A stretch of DNA of 64,000 nt from Gemmatimonadales bacterium (GTDB taxonomy: Bacteria > Gemmatimonadota > Gemmatimonadetes > Gemmatimonadales > GWC2-71-9). The translations under genes were made by a program, and so were the position numbers. The notes below the pieces were generated by a model that did not search any database, had not been told where the DNA came from, and saw only the letters and a list, made by a program, of their open reading frames with translations. Of the stretch, positions 19,764 to 31,090 are shown one piece after another. Where the stretch lies: assembly GCA_041577295.1 (NCBI GenBank), contig JBFGJG010000007.1:32001-96000 (forward strand), in the 5' to 3' direction. Position 1 is the stretch's first letter. The number at the start of each line of letters is the position of its first letter.

Positions 19764-21091
19764 TGGCGAGGTTCGGTCGAATCGTTCCAACCCGACGAGC
19801 CGTTTTGTTCGTGGCAGCCCTGGCGCCCATCGCGCTGCTGGGATACGTGACACCGTGGGGCCTCGACGTAGTCATCGCGCTGAACGGACTGGTGGCCGCC
19901 GTCACCCTGCTCGATTGGTGGCGGGCCGCTGATCCCACCATGCTCGAGCTGAAACGGGTGGCACCTGAAACGTTCGCCGTGGGGAGACCGACTGTGACGG
20001 CTTACCGGTGGCGAAATCGTGCGCCGGTCCGCGCCGATCTCCGCGTGCGTGAGGTTCGCCCCTCCATTCTCGGTGGAGCGACTCCCACTCGCCAGGTGTT
20101 CATCGCGCCCGGCGATGAGCTGACCGAGGACGTTCTCGTTACACCCACCCGGCGGGGGCGAGAGGCCGGTGGGTGGTTTCATCTGCGATGTTTGGGACCG
20201 TTGGGGCTCGCCAGCCGGCAAGTTCGACGAGAGCTCCCATGGCACGTGACGGTTTACCCAAGCCTCCCGGCGTCGCGACTCAAGGCGTCGATGGCCGAGG
20301 CGGTGCGACGTCGCGAGGCGGGACTCCGTCCCGTGCGGCGGCTTGGCGAGGGGAGTCAGTTCGAGAGTCTGCGTGAATGGGTTCCAGGAGATGACACGCG
20401 CCACATCGATTGGAAGGCCACGGCGCGGCGGCGCAAGGTGATTGTGAAGCAGTTCGAAGAGGAGCGTCGTCAACAAGTCATGTTAGTGTTGGACACCGGG
20501 CGGCTGCTTACCGCAGAGGTCGCCGGAGAAGCTCGAATGGAGTACGTGGTGCGCGCTGCCCTTTGGCTTGCGTTTGCCGCGAGCCACCACGATGACAACG
20601 TCGGTGTGATGACGTTCGCGGAGGAAGTCCAATCGTACGTCGCGCCGCAGCGCGGCCGCCGAGGTCTCCAGCAAGTGCTCGACGTGCTGGCAGTGGTCGA
20701 GCCATCGCTCGTCGAGCCGGACTATCCGATGGCGTTTCGCTACCTGGCTATTCGGAATCGCAAGCGCGCACTGACGGTCTTCTTCACGGATGTAATCGAC
20801 CGGTTGGCATCTGAAGCGCTCATTGCTCACGTGGGCTCGCTCGGTCGGCGACACCTCCCTCTGGTCGTGACGCTTCGCAATCCGGATCTCGACGACATCG
20901 CTGGAAGCCGGCCCGCTAGCACCGAGGGCGCCTACCGCAAAGCCGCCGCCGAAGAGTTGATTGCCGCGCGTGAAGAGGCTCTCGCGAAGATGCGCTCTCT
21001 CGGCATCATCGTGCTCGATGTCCCACCCCAGAAAGCGAGTAGCGCTGTCGTCGACATGTATCAGGAACTCAAGCGTCGCGGTCGCCTTTAA
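19763..21091 (+). CDS. DUF58 / vWA-like protein
   Basis: FESLREWVPGDDTRHIDWKATARR, LVLDTGR, FFTD motifs. Confidence 0.93.
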   Translation: MARFGRIVPTRRAVLFVAALAPIALLGYVTPWGLDVVIALNGLVAAVTLLDWWRAADPTMLELKRVAPETFAVGRPTVTAYRWRNRAPVRADLRVREVRPSILGGATPTRQVFIAPGDELTEDVLVTPTRRGREAGGWFHLRCLGPLGLASRQVRRELPWHVTVYPSLPASRLKASMAEAVRRREAGLRPVRRLGEGSQFESLREWVPGDDTRHIDWKATARRRKVIVKQFEEERRQQVMLVLDTGRLLTAEVAGEARMEYVVRAALWLAFAASHHDDNVGVMTFAEEVQSYVAPQRGRRGLQQVLDVLAVVEPSLVEPDYPMAFRYLAIRNRKRALTVFFTDVIDRLASEALIAHVGSLGRRHLPLVVTLRNPDLDDIAGSRPASTEGAYRKAAAEELIAAREEALAKMRSLGIIVLDVPPQKASSAVVDMYQELKRRGRL

Positions 21092-21172
21092 GATTTTTCT
21101 CTCTCCTTACTTACAGCTGCTTGGACCGACCGGTATCTTTGAAGAAAACCACTTCGTTTACACGGGGCCGTC

Positions 21173-21769
21173 ATGGAGCAGCTGTTTTTTGGGGATCGCG
21201 CGCTGTGGTTCACGATTCCCGCACTCGTCGGGACGGCCTTCTTTACACTCCGAATCGTGCTCATGCTTGCCATGGGTCACGGTGCCGCGGACTTCCACCT
21301 CGACGATGGCTCAGCGCTCGATCTTGACCTCGATCACGGAGATTCAGGCAGCGCCTTCAAAGTGCTGTCAGTGCAAGTCATCTCCGCGTTTCTCATGGGT
21401 TTCGGTTGGGGAGGGTTGGGCGCGTATCGCGGCTGGGGATTGCCTGCGCTGCTGAGCGTGCCGGTTGGTGTCGTGGTCGGTGGGTCGATGGTCTGGATTC
21501 TGGGCAAGCTGCTGCGCTGGATCATAGGGCTGCAAAGCAGCGGGACGGTCGATATCTCGGCATCGCTGTACGAGCAAGCAACGGTGTACACCAACATTCC
21601 CGCCCGCGGGGGTGGGCGGGGAGTCGTCCGCGTAGTCGTGGGTGATCGGCTGCGTTTCTACAACGCCGTCTCGCAGGGAGACGCTATTGAGTCCCAGGCC
21701 ACCGTGCGCATAACCGGAATCAACGAAAACAACACTGTGACGGTGGCCCGAGTGGAGGGTGAATCATGA
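21173..21769 (+). CDS. NfeD-like membrane protein (flotillin partner)
   Basis: TM segments, FLMGFGWGG, C-terminal OB-fold-like VYTNIP..GRGVVRV; ATGA coupling to the flotillin gene. Confidence 0.85.
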   Translation: MEQLFFGDRALWFTIPALVGTAFFTLRIVLMLAMGHGAADFHLDDGSALDLDLDHGDSGSAFKVLSVQVISAFLMGFGWGGLGAYRGWGLPALLSVPVGVVVGGSMVWILGKLLRWIIGLQSSGTVDISASLYEQATVYTNIPARGGGRGVVRVVVGDRLRFYNAVSQGDAIESQATVRITGINENNTVTVARVEGES

Positions 21770-23403
21770 CGTTCATCGCGCAAACTTCGATATCGCTGTC
21801 GGCGCTCGCCCTACAGGGCGCGGGACCGACTCCCATGGTGTGGCTAGGAGCGGTGGGTGCTGTGGTCTTACTGCTCCTGTTTTTCGTTGTCTTTGTCGTC
21901 AAGCAGTACAAACGGTGTCCGAGTAACCGGATCCTCGTGATCTACGGTAAGATAGGCGCCGACCGCGCGTCCCAGTGTATCCACGGTGGTGGCAAGTTCG
22001 TCGTTCCGTTGCTTCAGGACTATGCGTTCCTTCCCCTCGAGCCGATGGTGATTGACATCCCATTGAGTGGGGCGCTCTCGCTCAACAACATCCGGGTCAA
22101 TGTGCCAGCCACGTTCACGGTTGGTATCTCGACCGATGCCGTGCTGATGAACTCGGCGGCGGAGCGACTGTTGTTCCTGAATGAAAAGAAAATTCAGGAG
22201 CAGGCGCAGGACATCATCCTGGGGCAGCTCCGGCTCGTGATTGCCACGCTCACCATTGAAGAGATCAACAAGGATCGCGAGAAGTTCATGTCGTTGGTCA
22301 ACGCCAATGTGACTGAGGAGATCAACAAGATCGGCCTGACGCTGATCAACGTGAACATTCGCGACATCACGGATGAGAGTGGCTACATCGAGGCCATCGG
22401 GAAGCGAGCGGCCGCCGAGGCGATCAACCGCGCCAAGGTCGATGTCGCTCAGCAGGAGCGCGATGGCGCCACGGGATCTGCCAAGGCGGACCGCGAGCGG
22501 CGGATCAGCGTCGCCGCCGAGCAGGCTTCTGCTCAGGCCGGTGAAAAAGAAGCGGAGCAAAAACAGCGCATCGCCGTCGCTGGGTACGAAGCTGGTGCCA
22601 TCAAGGGCGAGGCGGAGTCGAAGCGCGACTTCGAGATCGCGGTCGCCCAGCGGGATGCGGAGACCACCGCTGCTCGCAAGGAAGCCGAGCGCGAACAGCG
22701 GGTTCAGGTTGCGCACGCTGAGTCGGAGGCGGTCAAGGGAGAGAACACGGCGCAGGAGCGAATCGCCGAATCGAACGCCAACCTCGCCGAGGTCAGAGCC
22801 TCAGCGGACCAACGTTCGGACGTCGCGGCAGCCAAAGCTCGTGAGGCGATTCTCATCGCAGAGCGGGAACAGGAGCTCGCGCGGCTCGCCAAGGAGCGGC
22901 TTGCGCCGCAGGAAATCGACAAGAAACGGGTTGAGATCGAAGCGGAAGCGGCGGCGGAGCGGTTCCGTCGCGAGGCTCGCGGTAAAGCCGATGCTACCCT
23001 TTTGCGCTATGAAGCCGAGGCTGCGGGGGTGCGCCAGGTGCTCGAAGCAAAAGCCGAAGGCTACCGTCAATTGGTGGAGGCCTGCGGCGTGCATCCGGAG
23101 ATTGCGCCCACATTGCTCATGATCGAGCGCCTCCCCGAGCTCGTGAGGGAGCAGGTAAAGGCGATTCAAAACCTGAAGATCGACAAGATCACCGTATGGG
23201 ACAGCGGCCGAGGGAACGGACGTAGCGACGGCGCGACGGCGTCCTTCCTCTCGAGCCTCATCGGCGCGTTGCCGGCGATGCACGAGCTGGCCGAGCAGGC
23301 GGGCATCGAACTACCCGAGGTGCTGGGCCGGGTGCGCGAGAGGGACAAACCGCCTAGTGAAGCAACGGCGAAAGACGGCGGAGAGGTTGGCGGAAGGCGC
23401 TAG
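21766..23403 (+). CDS. Flotillin (SPFH/band 7) protein
   Basis: YKRCPSNRILVIYG, GQLRLVIATLTIEEINKDR, NVNIRDITDESGYIEAIG, AEA-rich coiled coil, IDKITVWD. Confidence 0.94.
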   Translation: MTFIAQTSISLSALALQGAGPTPMVWLGAVGAVVLLLLFFVVFVVKQYKRCPSNRILVIYGKIGADRASQCIHGGGKFVVPLLQDYAFLPLEPMVIDIPLSGALSLNNIRVNVPATFTVGISTDAVLMNSAAERLLFLNEKKIQEQAQDIILGQLRLVIATLTIEEINKDREKFMSLVNANVTEEINKIGLTLINVNIRDITDESGYIEAIGKRAAAEAINRAKVDVAQQERDGATGSAKADRERRISVAAEQASAQAGEKEAEQKQRIAVAGYEAGAIKGEAESKRDFEIAVAQRDAETTAARKEAEREQRVQVAHAESEAVKGENTAQERIAESNANLAEVRASADQRSDVAAAKAREAILIAEREQELARLAKERLAPQEIDKKRVEIEAEAAAERFRREARGKADATLLRYEAEAAGVRQVLEAKAEGYRQLVEACGVHPEIAPTLLMIERLPELVREQVKAIQNLKIDKITVWDSGRGNGRSDGATASFLSSLIGALPAMHELAEQAGIELPEVLGRVRERDKPPSEATAKDGGEVGGRR

Positions 23404-23675
23404 CTGGTAGGTGTCGCGGCGCAGTGGGTAGGGAGTGTCGTCTCCTCCTCGAGAACGCGTCCCGCGCGGTGATGTGCCCAATTCCACGGTCTCGCGATTT
23501 GACACCTGTCGCGCCAAGAGGCTGGCCGCGTCACACTGCGCCGAAGGTGTGAGGCGGGGCAGGGCGTCAGCGAGGGTATTTCACCCCCACGGAAGCGACC
23601 GGAGCAGGAAGTCTCCTACGGCGCCAACGCCGGCTGCGAGCGCGACGAGGCAGAGGGCGGAGGATTCGTAATGAA

Positions 23676-23703
23676 ACCCGACCGGGTCCGCGCCCGGTCG
23701 GGT
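23676..23703 (-). terminator. Intrinsic terminator hairpin
   Basis: ACCCGACCGGG / CCCGGTCGGGT stem followed by a short T run on the minus strand, just downstream of 23715. Confidence 0.7.
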
Positions 23704-23714
23704 ATGCGAGTCGG

Positions 23715-24227
23715 TCAGTTACACTCGTGGACGATGGCCGCGTCTTCGAACTCCACGGCCAGTTCGGACCGGGCGAACGATACCGCCGTGGCCGGAGCTG
23801 TAAGGACTTGCGGCGTCACGCAGCTCGACCCCGGGGAGGATTCCAAGACGCGCACCAGCAAGTTGTCCGGGCCCTCGAAGACCCCCTCCACCGCGATCGC
23901 GTATCCCCCGGTATTTCGGCTTCCCATTGTTGCCACGAGCACCATTTGTGTCGCGAAATCAATGGCAGGGCGCTCGGGCGCAGGGCTCACATTGGCGACG
24001 AACTCGTTCCAGAACGCCTCCCACTCCTGTTCGGTTCGGAGGACCACACGGCGACGATCTGTGATGCCGCTGATCTGGGTAGTGTGGGCTTCCTCGATGA
24101 GATCGTACTGTATCGAAACGAAGCCGGGGGGAAGCTCCGGCCAGCTTGGCCCGGTACCTTCACCGCCACATGCCGCGGCGATGCCTGTCACGACAGTTGC
24201 GAGTGTCAACCGCGCTATGGACCTCAT
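23715..24227 (-). CDS. Lipoprotein with PrcB C-terminal-like domain
   Basis: Lipobox IAAA|C; PAIDF..MG.RNTGGYAI.V...PGSSCVTPQVLTAP; SD AAGGAGG. Confidence 0.85.
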   Translation of the reverse strand: MRSIARLTLATVVTGIAAACGGEGTGPSWPELPPGFVSIQYDLIEEAHTTQISGITDRRRVVLRTEQEWEAFWNEFVANVSPAPERPAIDFATQMVLVATMGSRNTGGYAIAVEGVFEGPDNLLVRVLESSPGSSCVTPQVLTAPATAVSFARSELAVEFEDAAIVHECN

Positions 24228-24420
24228 CTGACACGCCTCCTTGGTGCACGCGCCAAAGGTGCTGAATCATAGTTGTGGATTCGACTCTAGGTACCCCGGC
24301 CCGAACCGCGGGTTTCCTCGGAGCCTAACGGGGAAGACGGGATTCGGTCGGTGACGCCGCTCACGCGACCACGAACCCCCGTAGCCGTCGATTCGCCGAC
24401 CCGATAACTTGGCCTCACGT

Positions 24421-25290
24421 ATGGCGTCTCGATCCGAAAAGCGTGCCTGGCTCGTCGAGCGACTCCAGAATGGCGAACCGCTCATTGCGGCGGAGCTCCG
24501 CCCGCCGCCGATGGGGCTGTCGCATGCGCAGAGCATGGACGTCTGGATCGATATGTACCACACTGTCCGGCGTCTCACGAATCGCGGTGCGGTGATCTTC
24601 GTGACGGATAATGCCGTCGGAGAGTCGGAGGAGGAGAATCTCAACCACCTCGCGGCGAATCTCGCAGGAGAGGTGGATCCCGCTCTGGTGGTGCCGTTCC
24701 TCACCTGCAAGCACTCGTTGGAGTACTGCCTGATGTACGCGGCCCGCGCTGCGTCGAATGACTTTGAAGCCCTGACCGTCCTGGGCGGCGACCGGACCGT
24801 GGGTCCGCCTCGTTGTGTTGCCAACGCGTTTCAGCTGCGGCAGATGATTCGACAACGCATTCCGGCGCTCAAGCTGGGTGGATGGGCGAACCCGCACCGG
24901 GAGGCTCGGGAGCAGGTCGAGTTCCTCCTGCGACCTAGCTTCACCGGCGAGTTCTATCTGACGCAGATCGTGTCCCACCACGACCTCCATCGTGTCGAGG
25001 AGTTCCTCGAGGAGGCACGCAAGCGCGAGGTACCGCATCCGGGCGTGTTTGGCGTGTTCCTGTATCGCAGCGCAAACCCGCTCACACTCGAGCGCCTGGG
25101 GCGGTTCTTCCCCGTGCCCGCTGCGGCGTTGACGCGGGAGTTCGAGGTGGGGGCGTCACCGGAAGAGATCTGTGCGCGTAGCATTCGCGCGCTGCGTGAC
25201 CTCGGCGTGGATAAGGTCTACGTGAGCAACCTCGGGGTACAGGGGGCCGATCACCGTTACCGGAAGATCCTGGACGCTCTCGATGATTGA
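24421..25290 (+). CDS. Stand-alone methylenetetrahydrofolate reductase-like protein
   Basis: AELRPP, FVTDN, LTCKH, VLGGD, ANP, YLTQ pattern of the MTHFR barrel; divergent sequence. Confidence 0.72.
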   Translation: MASRSEKRAWLVERLQNGEPLIAAELRPPPMGLSHAQSMDVWIDMYHTVRRLTNRGAVIFVTDNAVGESEEENLNHLAANLAGEVDPALVVPFLTCKHSLEYCLMYAARAASNDFEALTVLGGDRTVGPPRCVANAFQLRQMIRQRIPALKLGGWANPHREAREQVEFLLRPSFTGEFYLTQIVSHHDLHRVEEFLEEARKREVPHPGVFGVFLYRSANPLTLERLGRFFPVPAAALTREFEVGASPEEICARSIRALRDLGVDKVYVSNLGVQGADHRYRKILDALDD

Positions 25291-25299
25291 GCTGAATCG

Positions 25300-27141
25300 T
25301 CAGCCCTGAAGCACCGCGAGCGCGACATCGATCCGGCCATTCGGGGCGCTGACCTGCACCCCCTGTACTTTGCCGCGCAGTGCGTCGAGCGTCTCGCGAG
25401 CGATCTGTATTCCTTCCGCCACTGCCGCATCTTCCCCCCGCGTGTCGGCCTGACGCATTCGGTCGAGTAACTGATCCGGCACGTGGATTCCGGGTACTTC
25501 ATTCGCCAGATACTCGGCATTGCGCAGTGAGAGGAGGGGCCAGATCCCGACGACGATCGGGATCTTCGCTTTGCCAGCCCGATCGAAGAACCGGTCGAAT
25601 TGCGTAGGATCGAACACCGGCTGCGTCACCGCGAACTCCGCGCCTGCCTCGACCTTCCAGGCGAAACGACTGACCTCGCGCTCCGTATCCGATGCCCCCG
25701 GTCTGACCTCCACACCCGTGACGTATCGCGTCGGGTCGCCGATGCGGTTCCCGCCGGGATCGAGTCCCCGATTGAGCAACGCCACGATGTTCGTGAGCCC
25801 GATACTATCGATGTCGAAGACCGCCGTGGCATCTGGATATGGATCGGTCTTTGGCGGGTCCCCGGTGACGAGCACGAGGTTCCGCACGCCCGCCGCGGCG
25901 GCGCCGAGCAGGTCGCTGATCATCCCGTGCATGTTCTTGTCACGACACGAGTAGTGCACGATCGTCTCGAGACCAACGTCTCGAGAAACGATGATCGACG
26001 ACGGAATCGCGCCCATGCGACCGGACGCCCGTGGACCGTCGAGCAGGTGCACGGCGTCTACACCGGACACCTTCAAGTTGAGGCACTGCTCGATGAGTTG
26101 TGTGGGGATCCAGCCTTTGGGTGGTACGATCTCGACCACCGTGACGAACGTCCCGTTAGCCAACTTGCGTCCCCACGGTGAACGGTCCGCTAGCGGCACC
26201 GCATCGACCCCTTTTTCCTCGTCGACGCCTGAGGGCCGACGCACGATCTTGGCGCTGCGCGGTGGCTGCGAGCTGGCCACGAGATCACGAATCGTGCGAA
26301 TATGTTCCGGCGTCGTCCCGCAGCACCCACCGACGAAGCGAGCCCCCGCGGCGATCATTCGGCGGGCATAATTGGCCATGTATTCTGGACTTGCCAAATA
26401 GATCTTGCGATCGCCAACCGCCTTTGGTAAACCGGCATTGGGTTGTGCCGCAAACGGTCGGGCGCTCAGATGGTGTACCCGCTCGAGCGCATCGAGCATG
26501 GCCGCCGGTCCAACCGAGCAGTTGAAGCCAATGACCTCCGGGTTCCAGGTATCAATTTGCTCCACGAGGTCTTCCACCGCCGTCCCGTACGAGGTGTTGC
26601 CGTCCGGCCCAATGGTCATCTGGGCGAAGATTGGTAGCTGGCACAACCGACGCACCGCATCGAACGCCGCATGCAGCTCCTCCAGATCGCTGAACGTTTC
26701 GAGAATGAATCCATCGACGCCTCCCGCCAACAGCCCCTCCGCCTGGCGTCGGAAAAACTCCTGTGCCTCGAACCGGCCTGTGGGACCGAACGGTTCGATG
26801 CGGACACCCAGCGGACCCATGGCACCTATCACGGCGGTGCGTCCGTTGGCCGCATCGTTGGCGAGGCGGGCCGCCGCCTTGTTGATCTCCTCGGTTTCAT
26901 CGGCCAGGCCGAAACTCGACAGCTTGACCGGGTTGGCCCCGAACGTGTTGGTCTCCACGATCTCAGCGCCCGCCCGTACGTACGCTTCGTGGACTTCTTT
27001 GACGAGTGTGGGGTGCGTGAGGTTGAGTTCGTCGTAGCACACGTTCACGAATACGCCCTTCGCGTAGAGCATCGTGCCCATGGCGCCGTCCAAAACGTGC
27101 ACCCGCCCGTCACCCAGCAGCTCACGCAGCCGATCGCTCAT
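25300..27141 (-). CDS. Bifunctional homocysteine S-methyltransferase / MTHFR (YitJ-type)
   Basis: [38 protein letters not shown]-terminal [32 protein letters not shown]. Confidence 0.93.
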   Translation of the reverse strand: MSDRLRELLGDGRVHVLDGAMGTMLYAKGVFVNVCYDELNLTHPTLVKEVHEAYVRAGAEIVETNTFGANPVKLSSFGLADETEEINKAAARLANDAANGRTAVIGAMGPLGVRIEPFGPTGRFEAQEFFRRQAEGLLAGGVDGFILETFSDLEELHAAFDAVRRLCQLPIFAQMTIGPDGNTSYGTAVEDLVEQIDTWNPEVIGFNCSVGPAAMLDALERVHHLSARPFAAQPNAGLPKAVGDRKIYLASPEYMANYARRMIAAGARFVGGCCGTTPEHIRTIRDLVASSQPPRSAKIVRRPSGVDEEKGVDAVPLADRSPWGRKLANGTFVTVVEIVPPKGWIPTQLIEQCLNLKVSGVDAVHLLDGPRASGRMGAIPSSIIVSRDVGLETIVHYSCRDKNMHGMISDLLGAAAAGVRNLVLVTGDPPKTDPYPDATAVFDIDSIGLTNIVALLNRGLDPGGNRIGDPTRYVTGVEVRPGASDTEREVSRFAWKVEAGAEFAVTQPVFDPTQFDRFFDRAGKAKIPIVVGIWPLLSLRNAEYLANEVPGIHVPDQLLDRMRQADTRGEDAAVAEGIQIARETLDALRGKVQGVQVSAPNGRIDVALAVLQG

Positions 27142-30100
27142 GCCGTTACCGTGGATCGATCACGCTCGTAGGCCAGGTTCGGCGCCAGCCACTGCTCGGC
27201 CTCCGCGACATCCATCCCCTTCCGAGCTGCGTAGCTCTCCACTTGGTCGCGGTTGATCCTGCCCACGCCGAAGTACAGCGCCTCGGGGTGGCCGAGCAAC
27301 CAGCCGCTGACGGACGCAGCGGGTAGCATCGCAAAGCTGTCCGTCAGCACGACCCCGGTGTGCCGTGTCGCGTCCAGCAGATCGAACAGTGTTCGCTTTT
27401 CTGTGTGATCCGGACAGGCAGGGTACCCAGGTGCAGGCCGGATCCCAGTGTACCGTTCTTTGATCAATTGCTCGTTCGTGAGTGCTTCGTGCGACGCATA
27501 ACCCCACAGCTCGCGGCGCACGCGTTGGTGCAAACGCTCCGCAAACGCTTCGGCCAAGCGATCGGCCAGTGCCTTGACGAGAATACTGTTGTAGTCGTCG
27601 TGATCGGCCTCGAACGCCTCGCACAACTCTTTCACGCCGATCCCGGCAGTTACGGTGAACGCGCCGATATAGTCGAGCACGCCACCATCGCGTGGTGCGA
27701 CGAAGTCGCTGAGACACAGGTTGGGCCGGCCGGGTGGCTTTGCCATTTGCTGCCGAAGATTTCGCATCACCGCGATGATTTCTTTTCGAGTCTCATCGCC
27801 GTAGACCTCGATGTCATCGTCCACGGCATTGGCCGGGAACAACCCGGTCACCCCACGTGCCGTAATGGTCTGCTCACGAACGATACGGTCGAGCAGCTGA
27901 CGTGCATCGTCGAAAAGTGCGCGAGCCTGCTTCCCTTGTTTGGGGTCATCGAGAATGGCTGGATAGCTGCCGCGCAGCTCCCACGCTTGAAAGAAGGGTG
28001 TCCAATCGATGTACTCGACCAGCTCGGTCAGGGAGTAGTTCTCGAGCGGTGTGATGCCAAGGCGCGCTGGCCGGTGCGGCCGGTACCCGTCCCACGCGAT
28101 GGGATAGCGCCGGCGGCGGGCTTCCTCGAGAGGAAGCATGCGCTGTCGTGCTTGCCGGCCAGCATGGCGCTCCCGAAGCGTTTCGTACTCCGCAGCGACA
28201 TCTCGGAGAAATCCCTCGCGCTTCTCGTCGTTCAAGAGGTTACCAACGACCGTGACGCTACGCGACGCGTCGACGACGTGGACGACTGGTCCGGGATACT
28301 CGTTATCGATCTTCACCGCAGTATGCGTGCGCGATGTGGTGGCGCCACCGATGAGGAGCGGAACGTCGAAGCCCTCACGTTTCATCTCGTGGGCTACGTG
28401 CACCATTTCATCGAGCGACGGGGTGATGAGCCCGCTGAGCCCAATGATCTGTGCCTGTTCCCGTCGTGCCGTCTCGAGGATCTTCGCAGCCGGTACCATC
28501 ACGCCGAGATCGACGACCTCGTAGTTGTTACAGCCCAGCACCACCCCGACGATGTTCTTACCGATATCGTGGACGTCTCCCTTGACGGTCGCGAGGACCA
28601 CCTTGCCCTTGGGCTTTCCCGCAACTCCGCGCTCTTCCTGTTCCCGCTCGATGAACGGAATGAGGTATGCTACCGCCTTCTTCATAACCCGGGCACTCTT
28701 CACCACCTGTGGGAGAAACATCTTGCCGCTTCCAAAGAGATCGCCCACGACGTTCATCCCGTCCATCAACGGTCCTTCGATGATCTCGATTGGTCGCTCG
28801 TACTTTTGCCGTGCCTCTTCGGTGTCCTCCTCGATAAAATCGAGGATTCCTTCGACCAACGCGTGCTCGAGGCGCTTTTCAACCGGCTGGCCGCGCCACT
28901 CGAGATCTTGTTTCTTGGTCGCTCGTGTGCCCTCTAACGAGCTGGCGAGCGCCATGAGTCGGTCGGTCGCTTCGGGGTGGCGATTGAACAGGAGGTCCTC
29001 GACCGCGTTTCGCAGATCCTCCGGGATGTCGTCGTAGACGGCCAGAGCGCCCGCGTTCACGATTCCCATGTCCATGCCGGCCTGGATGGCGTGATACAGG
29101 AACGCCGAGTGCATCGCTTCTCGCACCGTGTTGTTGCCGCGAAACGAGAACGAGATGTTGCTCACACCACCACTGATATGCGTCAACGGCATCGCTGCTT
29201 TGATGCGGCGACAGGCTTCGATGAACGCCATGGCGTACTCGTTGTGTTCTTCGATCCCGGTACCGATGGCAAAGATGTTCGGATCGAAGATGATATCCTG
29301 GGGCGGAAAGCCGACCCGCTGGGTGAGGATCTCATAGGCCCGGCGGGCAATGCTGACCTTGCGCTCCACGGTGTCGGCTTGGCCTTGTTCGTCGAAGGCC
29401 ATCACGATGACGGCGGCTCCGTAAACGCGAACCCGCTCGGCCTGCTCGATGAATGCCTGCTCACCTTCCTTGAGACTGATGGAGTTGACCACGCCCTTTC
29501 CCTGAACGCATTTGAGGCCGGCCTCGATCACTTCCCACTTGGAGGAGTCGATCACGATGGGCACACGGGTGATATCGGGCTCCGCGGCCACGAGATTCAG
29601 AAACGTGGTCATGGCCGCCTTGGAGTCGAGGAGTCCTTCATCCATGTTGACGTCGATCATCTGTGCGCCGTTGGCTACCTGCTCGCGCGCAACCTCGAGT
29701 GCCGTCTCGTAGTCGTTCTCACGGATGAGCTTGGCAAAGCGCGCCGACCCTGTGACGTTGGTGCGCTCACCAATGTTGACGAAGCGGACCTCGGGTCTTA
29801 GCACCAAAGGTTCCAGGCCACTGAGGCGCAGGTATGGCTCGATCGTCGGGATCTGGCGAGGTGGCAAGCCGTCGATGACGGCCGCAATGGCCGCGATATG
29901 TTCCGGCGTCGTGCCGCAGCACCCTCCGATGACATTCACGAATCCACTCTCGGCGAACTCGCGGAGAATTGCTGCCATCTCCTCCGGGGTCTGATCGTAC
30001 TGACCGAACTCGTTGGGCAAACCCGCGTTGGGGTGACAACTCACGAAGGTGTTTGCCACCTGGGACAGCTCGTCGATGTACGGCCGCAAGTCTTTCGCAC

Positions 30101-30878
30101 CGAGCGCACAATTGAGCCCCACCGTCAACGGCTCAGCGTGACTGACGGAAAGCCAGAACGCTTCGGTGGTTTGGCCAGAAAGGGTCCGTCCGCTCGCGTC
30201 GGTTATCGTTCCCGACACCATGATCGGGACATCGATCTGCCGCTGCATCAGCAACCGCTGGATCGCAAAGAGCGCCGCTTTCGAGTTGAGCGTGTCAAAC
30301 ACCGTCTCCACCATGAGGAGATCCACACCACCATCGAGGAGCGCCTGCGCTTGCTGGTCATACGCAGCAGCCAGCTCGTCAAACGTGATGTTACGAAAGC
30401 CCGGGTTGTTCACGTCCGGTGAGATGGAACACGTCCGGTTGGTGGGTCCCAGCACGCCTGCGACAAAACGCGGTTTCTCCGGCGTCGCTGCTGTCACCTC
30501 GTCCGCGACACGGCGGGCGGCCCGCGCCGCCGCAAGGTTGATGTCGCGGACCGCTTCCTCCAAGCGGTAGTCGGCCTGAGAAACCGACGTTGCATTGAAG
30601 GTGTTGGTCTCGAGGATATCTGCTCCCGCTTGCAGATAGGCGCGGTGGATGGCTTCGATGACGTCTGGACGGGTTAGCGACAGGACGTCATTGTCGCCCT
30701 TGAGGGGCGCGGGATGATCCGCGAACCGGTCACCGCGAAAGTCCTCCTCGGTGAGGTCGTACGTCTGGATCATCGTACCCATGGCACCGTCGAGCAGGAG
30801 AATGCGCTCCGTCAGGAGACGGCGCAGGGTCGTCGTGCGCTCGGTGCGCGATTCCAGCAGTGCGTGATTATCCGACAC
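27138..30878 (-). CDS. metH: Cobalamin-dependent methionine synthase
   Basis: [36 protein letters not shown] (B12 motif), [17 protein letters not shown] start at 30878 with GGGAG SD. Confidence 0.98.
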   Translation of the reverse strand: MSDNHALLESRTERTTTLRRLLTERILLLDGAMGTMIQTYDLTEEDFRGDRFADHPAPLKGDNDVLSLTRPDVIEAIHRAYLQAGADILETNTFNATSVSQADYRLEEAVRDINLAAARAARRVADEVTAATPEKPRFVAGVLGPTNRTCSISPDVNNPGFRNITFDELAAAYDQQAQALLDGGVDLLMVETVFDTLNSKAALFAIQRLLMQRQIDVPIMVSGTITDASGRTLSGQTTEAFWLSVSHAEPLTVGLNCALGAKDLRPYIDELSQVANTFVSCHPNAGLPNEFGQYDQTPEEMAAILREFAESGFVNVIGGCCGTTPEHIAAIAAVIDGLPPRQIPTIEPYLRLSGLEPLVLRPEVRFVNIGERTNVTGSARFAKLIRENDYETALEVAREQVANGAQMIDVNMDEGLLDSKAAMTTFLNLVAAEPDITRVPIVIDSSKWEVIEAGLKCVQGKGVVNSISLKEGEQAFIEQAERVRVYGAAVIVMAFDEQGQADTVERKVSIARRAYEILTQRVGFPPQDIIFDPNIFAIGTGIEEHNEYAMAFIEACRRIKAAMPLTHISGGVSNISFSFRGNNTVREAMHSAFLYHAIQAGMDMGIVNAGALAVYDDIPEDLRNAVEDLLFNRHPEATDRLMALASSLEGTRATKKQDLEWRGQPVEKRLEHALVEGILDFIEEDTEEARQKYERPIEIIEGPLMDGMNVVGDLFGSGKMFLPQVVKSARVMKKAVAYLIPFIEREQEERGVAGKPKGKVVLATVKGDVHDIGKNIVGVVLGCNNYEVVDLGVMVPAAKILETARREQAQIIGLSGLITPSLDEMVHVAHEMKREGFDVPLLIGGATTSRTHTAVKIDNEYPGPVVHVVDASRSVTVVGNLLNDEKREGFLRDVAAEYETLRERHAGRQARQRMLPLEEARRRRYPIAWDGYRPHRPARLGITPLENYSLTELVEYIDWTPFFQAWELRGSYPAILDDPKQGKQARALFDDARQLLDRIVREQTITARGVTGLFPANAVDDDIEVYGDETRKEIIAVMRNLRQQMAKPPGRPNLCLSDFVAPRDGGVLDYIGAFTVTAGIGVKELCEAFEADHDDYNSILVKALADRLAEAFAERLHQRVRRELWGYASHEALTNEQLIKERYTGIRPAPGYPACPDHTEKRTLFDLLDATRHTGVVLTDSFAMLPAASVSGWLLGHPEALYFGVGRINRDQVESYAARKGMDVAEAEQWLAPNLAYERDRSTVTA

Positions 30879-30931
30879 TTCCGACTCCCACATTCCGAAC
30901 AAAAATGCCCCGCCGCTGAAAGCACGCCGGG

Positions 30932-30987
30932 ACGGGCTTTTTAGCGACTTGTTTTACGTGGCCGCAATACGCCGCAAATCACCACGG
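30932..30987 (-). ncRNA. SAM-II (SAM_alpha) riboswitch
   Basis: Minus strand CCGTGGTGATTTGCGGCGTATTGCGGCCACGTAAAACAAGTCGCTAAAAAGCCCG matches the SAM-II pattern (CGUGG/CCACG stem, UGAUUU, GCUAAA pseudoknot); lies in the metH leader. Confidence 0.85.
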
Positions 30988-31090
30988 ATTCAGTTGTTGT
31001 TGCTGGAACTTAATGGTCGTGCGCGACGCCCGCTAGCCGGGGGTCAGGCGGACCGTTCCACGTGGTCGCTCAGCGCAATCTTTGTACCAT

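Noticed and set aside
22440..23060. Roughly 22-residue repeats in the flotillin gene
   Set aside because: Ordinary coiled-coil repeats of the flotillin family.
23531..23552. CGCCGAAGGTG, resembling a glycine riboswitch core
   Set aside because: Lacks the GGAGA and CUCAGG elements, and there is no downstream gene on that strand.
24300..24400. Possible cobalamin riboswitch before the MTHFR-like gene
   Set aside because: Only a GGGAA is present; no GCCCCCGCAACUGU core or B12 box.
27360..28937. Long antisense or alternate-frame ORFs (e.g. 27360-28937, 4648-5907, 47786-48853, 55157-56116, 62058-63122)
   Set aside because: Shadow ORFs of well-supported genes in high-GC DNA; no motifs of their own.
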